A DNA stretch of 64,000 nucleotides from Tubulanus polymorphus (taxonomy: Eukaryota > Animalia > Nemertea): assembly GCF_964204645.1 (NCBI RefSeq), contig NC_134027.1:2140485-2204484 (forward strand), read 5' to 3'. Positions 61,346 to 64,000 of this stretch are shown piece by piece. The position numbers and the translations under genes were made by a program. Under the pieces are notes generated by a model. It saw only the letters and a program-made list of their open reading frames with translations. It ran no database searches and was not told the origin of the DNA. Each line of letters starts with the position of its first letter. Position 1 is the first letter of the stretch.

Positions 61346-63692
61346 GATTTGTCGATTTCTGCAGAGCCCGGCTCTAAATCTTGTCAAAAATAGGGTAATT
61401 TGGACACCCCTCAAGCCTCATATTCCTCTCACCTGTCAAAATGATATACATCCTCTAACTTTTAATAATTATTGAGTTGTGTTATTGCTTTTTCATTGAG
61501 AAAATTGCATGAACTGATATGACCTTGGATTCTCTTTTGCTTTTTTACACGCTCAACACACGTTTTAATGTTTCAAGATTTATTCGCAGATAGTTCCTGC
61601 GACGTCAGTACCAGTAAGATGGCTCAATCTGCAGGAATTCCAAAGCAAGAAACTCATGCAAGACCACGACATAACAGTCCAGAAATTCAGAGTCGCCGAA
61701 ACTTTTGAGGATGCACAGGAAATAGCCAAGGAATTTAGTAAGTTGAAGAAGCCCAGGCTAAAAAATGAAACTTCAAATTAGATTTGATGTATGATGTTTG
61801 TTGTTTATTATATATTGATTCATTCAGAGGTCAAAGAATACGTCATCAAAGCTCAAATTCTCGCTGGTGGTCGCGGGAAAGGTGTATTTGAAAATGGCTT
61901 CAAAGGAGGTGTCCATCTTACTAAGAAGTGAGAACTTGTCGAAAATAATGAGCAAATGTTTGTTAAGATTTTATGAATGAATTGATTTGATTTTTTTTTT
62001 CATCTTAGTCCAAGCGATGTGCCTCCAATTGTTGAAAGCATGTTAGGACACAAGCTTGTTACTAAACAAACTGGAAAAGATGGTGTTTTAGTCAGAAAAG
62101 TAAGTATGGATGTGGTATTTTTATGTGCATATACAGTGCGTGACTCAGATAAGTGAGTATGATGTATTATTGCAGGTTATGGTTGCCGAAGCCTTGGATA
62201 TTTCTAGAGAAACATATTTTGCTATATTGATGGATAGACAACACGATGGTCCAGTCATGGTCGGTAGTCCCGAAGGTGGTGTTGACATAGAAGAAGTTGC
62301 TGCAAAAAAACCTGAAGCAATTTTTAAGGTATCAAAACAACAGTACTGAAAAAATCCTACAATCGATGAATTCTCTTTATTATCGAGCATTATATTTTTG
62401 CCAAAATCCTATCATCAGAGTGACAGAATTTCTTTGATTGTGGGACTTTTATCTATAAACTTCAGTCTACGATCACAATATGTTTTATGACGCGCGTGTA
62501 TATTGCAACCTCCCATTGTTTGCTGTTTGTTATTTCAGGAGCCGATTGATATTTCTGTTGGAGTCACAGATGAAATTGCTCTCAGAATGTCTAAAAATCT
62601 AGGATTTGTTGGCAAGAAAGAGAAGGATGTATGTAGTCATGTATAAGTTGTTTACTGGATTTTCTTTTGCGAAACATTTTTGAACTACTGTTGATGTTTT
62701 TATCTACACACAGGCTGCTGAACAGATAAAGAGACTTTACAATCTATTCCTAGATGTCGATGCAACTCAAGTGGAAATCAATCCATTTGGGGAAACTCCT
62801 GATTGTCAGGGTAAGAATTAGAAGAATTGTATTGACAGATCGATGATTATTTCAATTTCATGTCAATGTCGATCTAGCATCTTTTTCTAAATTCAGTTGT
62901 ATGTTTCGATGCCAAAGTGAATTTTGACGACAATGCCGATTTCCGTCAGAAAAAAGTTTTCGAAATGAACGACACTTCAGAATCCGACCCACGAGAGGTG
63001 GATGCTGGTAAATGGGATCTAAACTATGTTAGTATGGACGGCAATATCGGATGTTTAGGTATGAAACATAACATGTAACTCTTTAATTGATTTCAACTAC
63101 TAAGTGTATTCACTAATTATCAGTACTATTTCTATGTGTATTTTTTACAGTAAATGGTGCCGGTTTAGCAATGGCTACCATGGATATTGTCAAGCTACAT
63201 GGAGGTGAACCAGCTAACTTCCTGGATGTCGGTGGAGGTGTCAATGAGGAACAAGTTTACCACGCTTTCAGAATCCTGACTCAAGATAAAAACGTAAATT
63301 TCACAAGTTATTGCGTAAACATGCATCGCACATCCCTCATCTTCCTCTTGTCCAATGAATACATCTTGCTGTGTTTCAGGTGAAAGCGATATTGGTGAAT
63401 ATATTTGGTGGCATTGTTAACTGTGCTACGATAGCCAGTGGTATAACAAATGCTTGTAAAACTATCAATTTACAAGTTCCATTGGTTGTCAGATTAGAAG
63501 GTAACTTTCGCGCTTAGAACATTAATTATGAGTTTAGAAGTGTACCAGGATATGTATCAACCACATTCATTTCTTATTTCAGGAACTAATGTCAATACTG
63601 CTAAGGAAATCTTAAAGAAAAGTAAATTGAACATTATTGCGGCTGATGATTTTGAGGAAGCAGCCAAGAAAGCCGTCGCAAGTCTTAAATAA
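61338..63692 (+). CDS. SUCLG2: Succinate--CoA ligase [GDP-forming] beta subunit, mitochondrial
   Basis: [14 protein letters not shown] (GDP-type N-terminus), [67 protein letters not shown] and [14 protein letters not shown]. Stop at 63690-63692. Confidence 0.97.
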
Positions 63693-64000
63693 ACAGCATG
63701 ACCCCCGGTTTCTCATAATAAAGCTTTAATTCTTTAGACCCAAAACTGTAACAGTATTAGAAAGCTATGCTGCTGCCTGCATTATACCTATAAAACCGGT
63801 AGTTCAACAAATAGCAGAGCAACAATTCCTTTACATCGTATGACTTTATCATGTATTAAGCCAAATTTATCGTTAAAATCTGCTTTAATTACCGTATCTT
63901 TTATTATGATTGAGCATTTGTAGTCATTCCTCCTTGGCTTTGGTAGGTCAAGCTTTAATATAGATACTACTGATATTTGATGTAATACTGAGAGATGATG

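Overview
Compact, AT-rich animal genomic DNA with short GT-AG introns; an invertebrate is likely, but the species cannot be told from the sequence. Four housekeeping genes are recognisable: EXOC2 (minus, runs off the left edge), EEA1 (plus), DMTF1 (minus) and SUCLG2 (plus). Between EXOC2 and EEA1 lies a ~38 kb repeat-dense island. Hand translation of its minus strand, across stops and frameshifts, gives collinear motif matches to adenovirus pIIIa, penton base, a stand-alone preterminal protein (pTP) and the protein-primed DNA polymerase. At its left end a TATA/CRE/CCAAT promoter precedes an intact spliced ORF with E1A-like features. My main call is a heavily decayed endogenous adenovirus-like virus (~8.6-39.5 kb). 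Its genes all lie on one strand, unlike canonical adenoviruses, and parts of its coding sequence have been amplified into satellites, including a 7 kb higher-order array. All viral alignments were made by eye against human adenovirus C sequences recalled from memory and need frameshift-aware HMM or tBLASTn confirmation. Also seen: a satellite-carrying TIR element with an 8-bp target-site duplication (TSD), MITEs, a CORE-type SINE, a decayed Penelope-type hammerhead, an extra NEMO-type CCHC zinc-finger exon in EEA1 and candidate 3-nt and 9-nt microexons.
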